Positions 11,004-21,173 of a DNA stretch of 64,000 nt are shown in pieces (the stretch's first letter is position 1; every line of letters starts with the position of its first letter). The translations under genes were made by a program, and so were the position numbers. A model generated the notes under the pieces. That model searched no databases and was not told the DNA's origin. It saw nothing but the letters and a program-made list of their open reading frames with translations. Source of the stretch: an uncultured delta proteobacterium (GTDB lineage Bacteria > Desulfobacterota > Binatia > UBA9968); NCBI GenBank assembly GCA_963737905.1, contig CAVTUQ010000025.1:32001-96000 (forward strand), in the 5' to 3' direction.

Positions 11004-11993
11004 ATGGGCCGCAGTTTCTGGCTGTTTCTTACCTTCGTCGGCTATTGCTTTTCATTGCCACAACCATTGGCAGCTCAGGAAAAAATGCGCATCGCTTGGG
11101 CGGGCAGCACCCCGTCAAACACACCCATCTGGGTCGCCGACCAAAAGGGTTTTTTCAAGAAGAACGGCTTGAACGCCGAAGTCATCGCTATCAGCGCGAG
11201 CACGATAGTGATACAGGCTTTGCTCACCGGCGAGGTCGATTGCATCATTGCGCCTTCCGCCACACTGGTAACATCCCGTTTGGCGGGTGCGGATACGATC
11301 ATGGTCTCAACCAACTTGCCGCTCTTCATCGATCACATAGTTTCGCTAGCCGATATAACGACCGTAGAACAGCTAAAGGGAAAAACGGGTGGGGTCAACC
11401 GTCTGGGAACAACCTCGGATATGACTCTGCGACTCGCTCTACGCCGCTATGGCATCGATCCGGAAAAGGAAACCAAAATCATTGCCACGGGTGAAAACCC
11501 GCAGCGGCTAGCAGCGCTATCACGCAACATTACGCAATTCACGCTGCTTGGCGAACCGTTGGTAAGAGAAGCGGAGAAGATGGGCTTCAGAGATTTGGTT
11601 GACATCGGCACGCTCAAAATTCCCTACCACGTCAATTCCGTCGTCACGCGTGAAAGCACCGTAAGAGCAAGGCGCCCCTTTGTGACCAAAGTGGTGCGCG
11701 CATTCACCGAAGCGCTTCACTACATTAAGACCGACAAAGAAGGCACGAAGGCAATTATCAGCAAGAATCTAAAAACCAACGATCCGGAAGGGTTAGAGCG
11801 GGCCTATCGAGCCTATAACGCGGCGTTCCCGGAGATCCCTTATCCAAATGCCGAGGGCGTAAAGACACTGTTAGATGATATGGCACCGCGCAATCCAAAG
11901 GCAGCCGCCGCGGATCCGAAAACGTTTGTTGATACCAGTTTTGTGCAGGAGCTAGAGACGTCGGGCTTTATCAAGCAGCTTTACAAGCGGTAG
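11004..11993 (+). CDS. ABC substrate-binding protein, NMT1/SsuA-like
   Basis: Signal peptide, GFFKKNGL, LKGKTGGVNRLGT. Confidence 0.85.
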   Translation: MGRSFWLFLTFVGYCFSLPQPLAAQEKMRIAWAGSTPSNTPIWVADQKGFFKKNGLNAEVIAISASTIVIQALLTGEVDCIIAPSATLVTSRLAGADTIMVSTNLPLFIDHIVSLADITTVEQLKGKTGGVNRLGTTSDMTLRLALRRYGIDPEKETKIIATGENPQRLAALSRNITQFTLLGEPLVREAEKMGFRDLVDIGTLKIPYHVNSVVTRESTVRARRPFVTKVVRAFTEALHYIKTDKEGTKAIISKNLKTNDPEGLERAYRAYNAAFPEIPYPNAEGVKTLLDDMAPRNPKAAAADPKTFVDTSFVQELETSGFIKQLYKR

Positions 11994-12014
11994 GGGCCGG
12001 CCGGTCGCCCCTAC
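11990..12014. repeat. GTAG-type REP-like hairpin between convergent genes
   Basis: GTAGGGGC-cggccggtc-GCCCCTAC. Confidence 0.5.
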
Positions 12015-12044
12015 GTTCTCTAGGTTGAATCCGTCTTGACTCCG

Positions 12045-13136
12045 CTATTGTGCCAAGCCGTAGAATGCCCGCGGATTGTCTTCGACGATTTTCTTGTGCA
12101 TCTCGGACGTAATTCCACCGCTCTCTTTCAAGGTGGTCAGAGCGTCCAGCTCCGTCGACGAATCGGCGTGGCCGTAATCCGTTCCGATCATGAGCGTGTT
12201 TTCACCCATACAGCTCTTGATCAAATAAGGCACGTCGTCGCCGATCTGGCAAGTGACAAAGATTCCGGAGCGCTCGAGAAAATCATTGGGCAACTTACTG
12301 TTCACCGTATCCAAGCGACGGCGCAGCTCGTAAACCACCCACGGAACCCAAGAGGCGGCCGTTTCAATGAATCCGAAGCGAAGCTTGGGAAACATCTTTG
12401 GCATGCTGCAATTCAGGATCCGAAATAGCGCGCCGACATTGAAAATTCGGTACTGGTTGAAAAAATCGCGGCTGCCGTCGGGGTTGACCATCATATCCAC
12501 GGCTGCCGCGCTGCCATTGGCTTGATGCAGCCCGATGCAAAAGTTTATCTTCTGCGCTTCTTCGTACAAGGGGAAAAAGTACGGGTCACTGATCTGCCGC
12601 GATCCTTCGAGCGGGCGCATGAAAACGCCGCACCCGCCATTTTCTTTCGCAAACTTCAACTGATCCAGCGCATCCGGCATGCTTAACAGAGGCAAAGTCG
12701 CCATCCAGCGCAAGCGGCCTTTACTTTGCTTCCAGACATCCGACATCCAACGATTGTATGCGCCGCACAGAGCCACGTCGGTATCCGGCCGATCCGTGCA
12801 TGGGTCGAGAAAAATGCTTGGGTAAAGCACCTGAACATCGATTCCCAACTCATCCATATGCTTGATGCGCGCCGCGACATCGGCAAGATCACGAGTTGCC
12901 ATCGTAGTGGTCATGTTTCTTCCGACTTGCTCAGATTTCCGGCTAACGTCTTCGGCGCTAAAGGTAAATCTGAATAGTCCACGGATCTTGCCGTCGATGA
13001 CCCAGTGCGCTTTTTGCGTCTCGCCCTCCGGCTTGAACAACTGCGGGCGAAACTTTTGCTCGGAAGGAAGTAGATATTCCCACGTGAGTGGGCTTTCGAC
13101 GACATGCGCATCAGCGTCTACCCATCCCATGTACAT
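12045..13136 (-). CDS. amidohydrolase family protein (Amidohydro_2)
   Basis: DADAHV, AYNRW, GTDYGH metal-binding motifs. Confidence 0.9.
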   Translation of the reverse strand: MYMGWVDADAHVVESPLTWEYLLPSEQKFRPQLFKPEGETQKAHWVIDGKIRGLFRFTFSAEDVSRKSEQVGRNMTTTMATRDLADVAARIKHMDELGIDVQVLYPSIFLDPCTDRPDTDVALCGAYNRWMSDVWKQSKGRLRWMATLPLLSMPDALDQLKFAKENGGCGVFMRPLEGSRQISDPYFFPLYEEAQKINFCIGLHQANGSAAAVDMMVNPDGSRDFFNQYRIFNVGALFRILNCSMPKMFPKLRFGFIETAASWVPWVVYELRRRLDTVNSKLPNDFLERSGIFVTCQIGDDVPYLIKSCMGENTLMIGTDYGHADSSTELDALTTLKESGGITSEMHKKIVEDNPRAFYGLAQ

Positions 13137-13164
13137 TTCCTCCTTCTTGTGGTCTCACTTTTTA

Positions 13165-13992
13165 CTAACTATGCCGCCTGACCCAATCGAGAATCAAGGC
13201 ATTGGTCTCTTCCGGGGCTTGCCAGAAAAAACCATGCGACTGCCCCTTCAAAACCTTCATCTCGGCGCCGGGTATGCGCTTCACCAACACTTCGGACTGT
13301 GCCATGTGGTTGCTCCCAATCGTATCCGCCTCGCCGATCACCACTAACGTCGGCGCTTTGACATCACCGAGACGGTGGGTGCCTTCCCAGTTGTGACGCG
13401 CCATGCAGAGATGGACGAACTCCGGGAGCTTGGCATGGGTTGCCCAGAAGAGTTTGAAGAACTCCTGCACTTTATCAGGATGGCGGTCGCGGTAGTCTTT
13501 GGTGAAGAACGTGTCGGAATCACAGACCTCGTGACGGACAAACTTCTCGAAACCCATCTCCACCATATCGACCACGAGGCGGTGGGGCAAGCCGGTGATG
13601 CAATCAGAGCCCGCCCGTGCCGCAGGGCCCGACCCGCTGGCCGCCATGATCAAACTCTTCACTCGCCCCGGATAGTTTTGCGTCAGGCAGAGCGCAATCC
13701 GCCCGCCCATGGAGTGACCTATAAGATGCGCCGAGGAAATTTTCAGATGATCCATTAAGGCGACGATGTCGCCAGCCATCTGTTCGATGGTGTAGACGCT
13801 TTGAGCAGCAACGGAACGGCCGCAGCCTCTAGGATCATGAAAGACGATATTCAATGACCGAGCCAGCGGCATCTGCGATGGTTTCCAGACTTCGCCGGAG
13901 TACGCGGTCGAGGGAACAAAGATAAGAGGCTCTCCCTGACCGTGAGATTCGTAATAGAGATCCACCCCTGTCGGTAACTTTACATTGGGCAT
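13165..13992 (-). CDS. alpha/beta hydrolase
   Basis: DPRGCGRS, GHSMGG, catalytic His in SHG. Confidence 0.9.
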   Translation of the reverse strand: MPNVKLPTGVDLYYESHGQGEPLIFVPSTAYSGEVWKPSQMPLARSLNIVFHDPRGCGRSVAAQSVYTIEQMAGDIVALMDHLKISSAHLIGHSMGGRIALCLTQNYPGRVKSLIMAASGSGPAARAGSDCITGLPHRLVVDMVEMGFEKFVRHEVCDSDTFFTKDYRDRHPDKVQEFFKLFWATHAKLPEFVHLCMARHNWEGTHRLGDVKAPTLVVIGEADTIGSNHMAQSEVLVKRIPGAEMKVLKGQSHGFFWQAPEETNALILDWVRRHS

Positions 13993-14029
13993 GATTTCAA
14001 TCCTCCCTTGGGTACGAGCTAAACGTGAC

Positions 14030-15028
14030 TCACTTTAGCGCCACGCTTTTGAAGAAGCCCTCCTTGTCCAACTGGCTCACGAAACGATGGTCAATGAAAT
14101 CTTCCGGTTTGGCTTGCTTTGCCTTGGGCTCGGTCGGCGCCAACTCGCCGAGTATCGCTTCAATACCCTTACGACTCACGTAGGGTGGCAACTCAATGTG
14201 CGCGCGGGCCTCGGCGTAGGTCAATTCCAAAATTTCAGCGTCTTGGATCCGAGCATATTTCTGAATAATCCGCATCGTCGCCGTCTTGTTAGTTTTGAGA
14301 AAGCCGATGGCTTCACTGTAGGCCCGGATGAACCGCCGTGTAATTTCTTCATTGGCGCGAACATAGGAACGCGTAGTGCCCACTGCCACGGAAACGTACT
14401 CCAGGTCCTCCTTCGTCAGATCGACGAGTTCGTTCAAAGCGGCTTTACGCCCGCGAAAACTGGTGGGCGGCGAAAGCGCGCCGGCATCGATCTGGCCTGC
14501 GACGATGGCCGTGAATACATTCGGCACTTCTACGAGCGGTACGAGCTGATACTCGTCCGGCTTGAGCCCCGCGCGGTTCATGATCCAAAGCGTTACGGTG
14601 TGGCTCGACGACCCGATGCGCGTAATGCCGATCCTCTTGCCACGAAGGTCGCTTATCTTTTTTATCTCCGGGCGCGCCATAAATGAGAACACGAAGCGAT
14701 TCGCGACGCCTGCCAGCATCACGACATCTGCGCCCCTCAGGGCGGCGGTCACGGCGTTGCGCCCGTCGGTATATGAGAAGGCGATCTCACCGGCGAGCAT
14801 GGTCTGAATCGCTCTTGAAGTCGATGGAATATGTAACAATTCGACCTCAAGACCATTTTTCTTGAAGAATCCCTCCTCGTAGGCTACCCAACTACCGCTC
14901 AGATTACTCGCGGGCGAAGTCCAGTTGAACCGCGCTTTCATCTGCGCGCCGGCGCCGGATGGCAACGCTGTCACGATGAGAAAGAGCACCGCGATCGCAA
15001 TTCGACGAGATTCAATAGATCGACCCAT
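14030..15028 (-). CDS. ABC substrate-binding protein, NMT1/SsuA-like
   Basis: Signal peptide, GFFKKNGLEVE, LRGKRIGITRIGSS. Confidence 0.85.
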   Translation of the reverse strand: MGRSIESRRIAIAVLFLIVTALPSGAGAQMKARFNWTSPASNLSGSWVAYEEGFFKKNGLEVELLHIPSTSRAIQTMLAGEIAFSYTDGRNAVTAALRGADVVMLAGVANRFVFSFMARPEIKKISDLRGKRIGITRIGSSSHTVTLWIMNRAGLKPDEYQLVPLVEVPNVFTAIVAGQIDAGALSPPTSFRGRKAALNELVDLTKEDLEYVSVAVGTTRSYVRANEEITRRFIRAYSEAIGFLKTNKTATMRIIQKYARIQDAEILELTYAEARAHIELPPYVSRKGIEAILGELAPTEPKAKQAKPEDFIDHRFVSQLDKEGFFKSVALK

Positions 15029-15256
15029 ATTATTCCTGGCGCTTGCAGCCGCTGTATAGACTGGAGTTCCATACCACACAAGTCCTTCCATGGTCGAGAC
15101 CGAACCGACCGGTCCGTGGCTCATGATGGCGCTGGAATCTAAGCCGGCGGGACTCGATCACGAGCAAAAAAGAGTTTGCTCCAAAGGTGACTACTGGCAT
15201 AGACTCTCCGCCGAAGACAGTGAAGAATGAGTGGCCCATCCGGGAGGGAGCAAACT

Positions 15257-16237
15257 ATGAAACGACTAATTATCAGCGGCGTCCTGATTGCCTTGCTATG
15301 TGCTTCCACCCTGTTTGCCGCGGACAGAATGAGGATCGGTTACAGCTCGATCAGTGGCGCTTACGTCGGCATCTGGGTCGCTCACGACGCCGGTTTCTTC
15401 GCCAAGGAAGGCCTGGACGACCAGATCGTTCTGATTCCCAACGGCACCCAGCTCGCCCAGGTCACCGTTGCGGGCGAAGTCGATATCGCGTCGTTAGGCG
15501 GGGCAGCGGCCCTGGCCGCAGCTTTTAGTGGCGCGGATTTTAAAGTCGTCGGGGCTAACGTCAATAAGTTGGTTTTTTCCATGTACGCACAGCCCGAAAT
15601 CAAACGGGTGGAAGATCTCAAAGGGAAAAAGATCGGCATCACCCGTTATGGAACCAGCGCCGATATTTCAGCCCGCTACGCCCTGCGGCAGCACAATCTC
15701 GACCCGCAGAAGGATGTCGTTCTGTTGCAGTTAGGGGCCATAACCAATGTTGCGGGCGCGCTCAGAGCCGGCACCATCGATGCCGGCATGGTGTCGCCGC
15801 CTACTCAATTTTTTATGGAAAAGCTCGGATTCAAAGAAATCGCCAGTATCACGGACATGAATCTTGCCTTTCCAAACCCCGCCTTGGTCGTGCTCGGCGA
15901 CATCATCAGGAAAAAACCGGATCTGATCGATCGCTTCATGCGCGCGTATGCCCGCGGAGTTCATCGGGCTAGAACCGACAGGGAGTTCACGATCAAGACT
16001 TATGCGAAGTACACCACCGTGCAAGACACCGCGATCTTACAAAAGGCTTACGACTTCTACGTCGAAAAGATCGTCGACAAGGCTCCTTATATCAACATGA
16101 CAGGAATGCAGAACGCCCTTGACGAGGTCGCCAAAACGATTCCCGCAGCTAAGAACGCCAAGCCGGAACAGTATGTCGATATGCGTTTCCTCGACAAACT
16201 GGAGAAGAGTGGCCTGCTAAACGAACTCTACAAGTAA
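15257..16237 (+). CDS. ABC substrate-binding protein, NMT1/SsuA-like
   Basis: GGAG RBS, signal peptide, GFFAKEGLD, LKGKKIGITRYGTS. Confidence 0.85.
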   Translation: MKRLIISGVLIALLCASTLFAADRMRIGYSSISGAYVGIWVAHDAGFFAKEGLDDQIVLIPNGTQLAQVTVAGEVDIASLGGAAALAAAFSGADFKVVGANVNKLVFSMYAQPEIKRVEDLKGKKIGITRYGTSADISARYALRQHNLDPQKDVVLLQLGAITNVAGALRAGTIDAGMVSPPTQFFMEKLGFKEIASITDMNLAFPNPALVVLGDIIRKKPDLIDRFMRAYARGVHRARTDREFTIKTYAKYTTVQDTAILQKAYDFYVEKIVDKAPYINMTGMQNALDEVAKTIPAAKNAKPEQYVDMRFLDKLEKSGLLNELYK

Positions 16238-16317
16238 GCGCGCGGTCGCGCTCACCAGTTCCGGGTTCAAAGTTCAAGGTTCAAAGTCGGAACTCAAACC
16301 CGCGCGAGAGCGGCGCG

Positions 16318-17316
16318 TCAGTTAGGCAGCCAGCACACCGCCGCGATCTCGCTGAGCTCTCTTCGTAGCTTCTCCCACGAAGCCCCGCGATCGTCACTGC
16401 GGTAAAGATAACCGTAACGGCTCGCCGCAAACAGAATGTTCGGATCCGCTGGATTCGTCCCGAATGTCCACACCGTGGAATTCGGCTCCACCGGCAAGGA
16501 CAGCAACTTCCAACTCTTGCCGAAATCGTTGGAGCGCGCGATGGCACCCGATGATCCCGGGGTAAAGTCGCCGAATCCCAAAAGGATGCTTTTCGGATCT
16601 GCCGAATCAACGGCGATACCGCGCAGGTAAGTTTCTTTTCTCGGATACTCCCAGGGAAGACTCGTCTGCATGCCGCGAGTTTCCCAAGTGGCGCCGTTAT
16701 CGGTGCTCGCGTAGATTTCACGGTTGGCCATGATGAAGACGGTTTTCGGCGGCCCCGCGGTTACCGCTACGTTGTGGATATCCTTACGGCCGGTCACCTC
16801 CACCAGCTCCCAGGTTTCCCCGCCGTCGCTGCTATGGCGCGCGCCGTCTACCTCAAGACTCACCCAAATGTTTTTCGGTTCCACCGGATCCACGGCAATG
16901 CCGGTGAATCTCGGCGTGCCTACGGCTTCGCACTCCGCAGCGACTTCCACCGACCGCTTCTCCCAAGTCCGACCGCCGTCCTTCGAACGAAAGAGCATCG
17001 CCGGCGTCGGCGTGCCGGTTCCGACATACATGTTGTCCGGGTTCACCGGATCGATCCCGATCGCCCAGATATAATAGGGATTGAGATCTGAGTCGATGTA
17101 CTGCCAGTTCGCTCCGCGATCCTCGCTGCGATAGAGCCCTCTTTCCGTACCCGCAAATAGGTTGGTGGGTCGTTTTGGATTCATCGCTATGCAGCGCACG
17201 GAGGCCTCGTAGGCAAATCCCCGTCGGGGCCCAATGCGCGCCCATGTTTGTCCATTGTCTTCACTGCGCATAATACTCTGCCCGATAGTACCAACGACGA
17301 TTGTCAAATCCTTCAT
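16318..17316 (-). CDS. BNR/Asp-box beta-propeller protein
   Basis: Seven repeats of S/TxDxGx(T/S/N)W. Confidence 0.85.
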   Translation of the reverse strand: MKDLTIVVGTIGQSIMRSEDNGQTWARIGPRRGFAYEASVRCIAMNPKRPTNLFAGTERGLYRSEDRGANWQYIDSDLNPYYIWAIGIDPVNPDNMYVGTGTPTPAMLFRSKDGGRTWEKRSVEVAAECEAVGTPRFTGIAVDPVEPKNIWVSLEVDGARHSSDGGETWELVEVTGRKDIHNVAVTAGPPKTVFIMANREIYASTDNGATWETRGMQTSLPWEYPRKETYLRGIAVDSADPKSILLGFGDFTPGSSGAIARSNDFGKSWKLLSLPVEPNSTVWTFGTNPADPNILFAASRYGYLYRSDDRGASWEKLRRELSEIAAVCWLPN

Positions 17317-17729
17317 AGCTCCCTCCTTAAAACTTGAAAGCCCGTAAGCAGCCCAAACAGATGAACATACCAGCCTCGGAATTAGCCACAGTTATCGCAG
17401 ATTGAACGATCGTGTCAAACTTGAATTTCACGATCCACGCGGTCATTTGAGGTTTTCTCGCGGCTAGTATCACGAGAGCAGAATCACCGACGAGTACTTA
17501 GCTGCGGAGCTCGAGGATTGACAACTTCTGACGAGCGTTGGAGAATCGAATCAGTGAGAGCGTCGAAAGGTTAAGCTATGAAAACGGTAAATCTAATCTG
17601 CGTGTTGACGATTTTCAAAAACCTGCCCGCCCGCTATACCTTTGAAAATATCGACCAGCATGCGAATTCCTTCTTCAAAGCGCACGGTGCTTTCAACTGC
17701 ATCGATGTTCATTCGGTTGAGAACCCGGG

Positions 17730-18045
17730 GATGACCACGGCCAGTACCGGCCGCTGGAGAGAAGGTCCGCGGCGGCGATTTCGCTGGCCAAAATCGCCGG
17801 ATGATGCAGTGGCATACTGATTATGCCGGTGAGAAAGCGAATGCGTTTCGCCCGCTGTGCCACGGCCAGGTATAGACCCAGAGGCAAAGGCGAGCAGGAA
17901 AACAGATCCTTGCCATAGCTTTCGGTCGTCGAGAAGAAGTCGTAGCCGAGTTCATCGGCAACGACGATCTGCTCCAAAACCTCCCGGTAAGTTTGCTGCT
18001 CCGATTTCCCGGATACGAAAACTCGGTAAACAACCCAATCTTCAT
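17730..18045 (-). pseudogene. truncated, frameshifted LLM oxidoreductase fragment
   Basis: MKIGLFTEF... then ADELGYDFFSTTE...HHPAILASEIAAADLLSSGR, then similarity ends. Confidence 0.7.
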
Positions 18046-18131
18046 CTGCGTATCGTTAACGGCCCTGAAATCGTTGAATTTTGATTTTTTAACTTTGAAC
18101 GTTGAACCTTGAACTTTGAACCGGCCGTTTT

Positions 18132-19085
18132 TTACGCTCCAATCACCATCCGCGTGCCAACACTGTTGGGTATGAAAGCATTGGGGAATTCTTGGGCGAT
18201 CAAATGCGTCGCCTTCCAACCGGTGCAATGCTCAGGCACGATGATGCTTGGGTTGAATTCCTTCAACACTTGAATGGTCGGCACAATAATGGGCTCGAAG
18301 ACCGGACCTGTGAGGTGGAACCCACCGATGACTGCATGAATACTATTGACGCCTGTCATATCTCGGGCGTGCTTCATCGTGTTTACCACGCCGGCGTGGC
18401 CGCAGCCGGTTAACACCACCAGACCTTTATTTTGTACGTTCAGGATCACAGCCTGATCGTCGTGAATCCATGGATCCGGTTGCCACTTGCCGTCGATCCA
18501 AGCCACTTGGGCCGGACTTCCTTTTTCAAAAGGCGTGGTTCGCGCGATCTGCCCCGTGACAAGCGCGTGTCCGCCGACTAGCATTGTCGGCCCTCTTTCT
18601 TCGACAATCTGGACATCCTCAGCCTCCAGATCGCGCTGGCTCGGCGGAATATGCTCGGTCTCATGCCCGTCGGGAAAGACGTTTTTTCTCTTGAGGAAGG
18701 CGTCGGGATGGAGAACAATCGGTATCCGCGGCCGGCCGTAGCGTTTAATCAATCCGATGAGGCCACGGGTGTGATCCGTGTGCCCGTGGCTGAGCACAAT
18801 TGCATGCAACTCGTTGGGTTTCACTTCCAGGGCGTCCATATTATGTAACACACCATCGATGGTTACGCCGGTATCGAAGAGAAATGAATCTTTGGTGCCG
18901 TTTCCGTAAATCGTCACGAGCATGGAAACGCCGTGCTCGGCTCGGAGCTGCGGCCGCGAGAACGAATCCCGCGCGCGCGCAGCTCGCCGGGCAATTGAAG
19001 TATTCCCCATGAGCACGTCGATTGAATTGTCCATGATGCTCAGTACTTCGACGCGGTCAACGGGTTTAAGGGCGACAACAGGCAT
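18132..19085 (-). CDS. MBL-fold metallo-hydrolase
   Basis: AEHGVS, FDTG, SHGHTDH, GCGHAG, GGFHL, HCTG. Confidence 0.85.
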   Translation of the reverse strand: MPVVALKPVDRVEVLSIMDNSIDVLMGNTSIARRAARARDSFSRPQLRAEHGVSMLVTIYGNGTKDSFLFDTGVTIDGVLHNMDALEVKPNELHAIVLSHGHTDHTRGLIGLIKRYGRPRIPIVLHPDAFLKRKNVFPDGHETEHIPPSQRDLEAEDVQIVEERGPTMLVGGHALVTGQIARTTPFEKGSPAQVAWIDGKWQPDPWIHDDQAVILNVQNKGLVVLTGCGHAGVVNTMKHARDMTGVNSIHAVIGGFHLTGPVFEPIIVPTIQVLKEFNPSIIVPEHCTGWKATHLIAQEFPNAFIPNSVGTRMVIGA

Positions 19086-19175
19086 TAGAACCTCCCTTGA
19101 AAAACAACGGCTAAGTTTGAACGATGAGGATGTCGAACTTTACTTCTCTCACTAACCTGGCATCAAGCTCAGAAT

Positions 19176-20039
19176 TCATTGAACTTCCTCACGGAACGGC
19201 TTCTTTAGCATCCAATTCACAATTTGCTCGACGGTTTCTGATTCCTTACCAAAATAACCATGCGGACTGAAAGGATCGCAAGGGCCGGATTCCGGCGCCC
19301 GGCCACCAACGACGGAAATGAGAGGATACTTCTCCGCAAGCCTGGCCGCGTCACTGTACGGAGTCAAGCCGCATTGATCGCTGACGTGGTGCACGAACAG
19401 AACAGGAACCTTGATGGATGTGAAGTCGAAGCGACTCAACCCCGGTCCGGGTTCGTTGGATCTCGCGCCTGCTGCGCGGAACATCGTTGAAGTCAAAACT
19501 ACACCGGACAGCCCCGAGCCGAAGCGAGCACCCAGAGCTGCGGCGGAGATAGTACCGCGGCTCGTCCCTATGAGAAATACCGGCAAACCGGAAAAACGTT
19601 TACCGAGATCGGCAACGATAGCCGAAACATCCGTGAAGTGATCTTCACCCAGGCGAAACTCATCACTCATTCCCCAGCCGGTTTGGTAATCGGAAGGCGC
19701 ATCCAGGATGGCGGCGACCACCCCACGCCTAACAAAATCGCTACGACTTCTAACCAGAAAGTTATTCTGACCAAATTTGATTTGACCATTTTCTTGGCGC
19801 AACCGAATCAAGCCGCCGGACCCGGGAAATAGCACGGCGATCGCCTGGGGATTCTGCGGCAGGCTCGCGATAAAGAACGACTGCGTCACGCCCGGCCGAG
19901 TCGAGAGCGTAACGATCTCCTGCGCCATAACCGCGGCGCCGCCAAACAGCAATGCACATGCCAAGAGCCAGGACAAGAACTCAAGGCGCACGGCCGCCAG
20001 TTTCTCTCTGTGTGGTTTGACTATTGATGTTTTTCCCAA
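19176..20039 (-). CDS. exported alpha/beta-hydrolase-like protein
   Basis: Signal-like segment, GTSRG nucleophile motif, PHGYFG. Confidence 0.7.
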   Translation of the reverse strand: MGKTSIVKPHREKLAAVRLEFLSWLLACALLFGGAAVMAQEIVTLSTRPGVTQSFFIASLPQNPQAIAVLFPGSGGLIRLRQENGQIKFGQNNFLVRSRSDFVRRGVVAAILDAPSDYQTGWGMSDEFRLGEDHFTDVSAIVADLGKRFSGLPVFLIGTSRGTISAAALGARFGSGLSGVVLTSTMFRAAGARSNEPGPGLSRFDFTSIKVPVLFVHHVSDQCGLTPYSDAARLAEKYPLISVVGGRAPESGPCDPFSPHGYFGKESETVEQIVNWMLKKPFREEVQ

Positions 20040-20042
20040 GCG

Positions 20043-20951
20043 CTACTTCTTCACCGACCTGTAGGCGGCTTCGATGTTGACTCCCAGACGGTCTTGGTCA
20101 TGCCAGTCGACATACTCAGGCATCTTGAGTTCTTTTTTGATCTCGGCAAGGGATTTACCCTGGGCCGCCATATCACCCACCCGCTTGAGCAACAAGGTAT
20201 AGAACCCTTCGTATTCGTCGAAGACTTTCGTCGTGCTCACCGGACCGTGACCGGTAACGACAACTTCCGGGTTCAGTGACTTCATCAGCTTATAGCTGGC
20301 AAGCACGTCCGGGATCATAACCGAGGGGCGGAGATTGATGAACCTTCTCACGTTGGCCGCCGACGCCGCGAACAACACCCGCTCCTTGGGCAACCAGATC
20401 GCCGTGTCCGCCTCGCTGTGAACGTTTTTTAGATAGATCAGCTCGAAAGTGCGTTCGCCGAGATTGATGGTCATCTTGTCCTTGTACTCGATCTGCGGCG
20501 CGATCATTTTATAACCCTGCAAGGCCTCGCGCATTTCGGGGGACTTTGCCGCGAGTGTTTCAGCCCGCTTGGGATCAAAGTCCTTTCTCATCGCAGCCCC
20601 GGCGCCCTCGTGACTGATGATCGTGGCCGGGGGTGAGAAAATGAAATGATTGGCCGTGTGATCAGTGTGCGTCTCGGTGTCGATCAGGAAGACGACGGGC
20701 TTATCCGTAACTTTTTTAATCAGCGCCGCCATTTTGCGGGAATCCAACGGGCTGTTGCAGCTATCGATCATCACCACGCCGTCCTGGGTAACGACGAAGC
20801 TGCACGTCGTGGTCGTCGCGTCGGGAGCGAAAGTGTAGATACCGTCCTTAATCTTTGTGAATCCCGGACCGAGCTCCTGTGCCTGCGCCGGGAAGCCGGT
20901 GAACAAAGTAGCAACAGAAACTAAAAAGATTAAACGCACTCTGATATTCAT
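20043..20951 (-). CDS. exported MBL-fold hydrolase
   Basis: GGAGG RBS, signal peptide, TETHTDH, HSEAD, VTGHG. Confidence 0.85.
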   Translation of the reverse strand: MNIRVRLIFLVSVATLFTGFPAQAQELGPGFTKIKDGIYTFAPDATTTTCSFVVTQDGVVMIDSCNSPLDSRKMAALIKKVTDKPVVFLIDTETHTDHTANHFIFSPPATIISHEGAGAAMRKDFDPKRAETLAAKSPEMREALQGYKMIAPQIEYKDKMTINLGERTFELIYLKNVHSEADTAIWLPKERVLFAASAANVRRFINLRPSVMIPDVLASYKLMKSLNPEVVVTGHGPVSTTKVFDEYEGFYTLLLKRVGDMAAQGKSLAEIKKELKMPEYVDWHDQDRLGVNIEAAYRSVKK

Positions 20952-21173
20952 ATTTGCCTCCTTAATTAATGATCGATCGGCTGCAATTGGTTCACGCTAG
21001 TCGAAACGGCAGTGACGCGTCAAGGGACTAAGGTCGGATTGCTGGCCCGGAAATTTTAATCCAAAGCAATTGACCAGGAGTAGTCATTTGTATTAAGAGG
21101 GCAGTGATTTAATGACTCCGACATACCAGATCGGGGATAACGACAAAGCTTCGAGAAACCGTGGGAGGAAAAA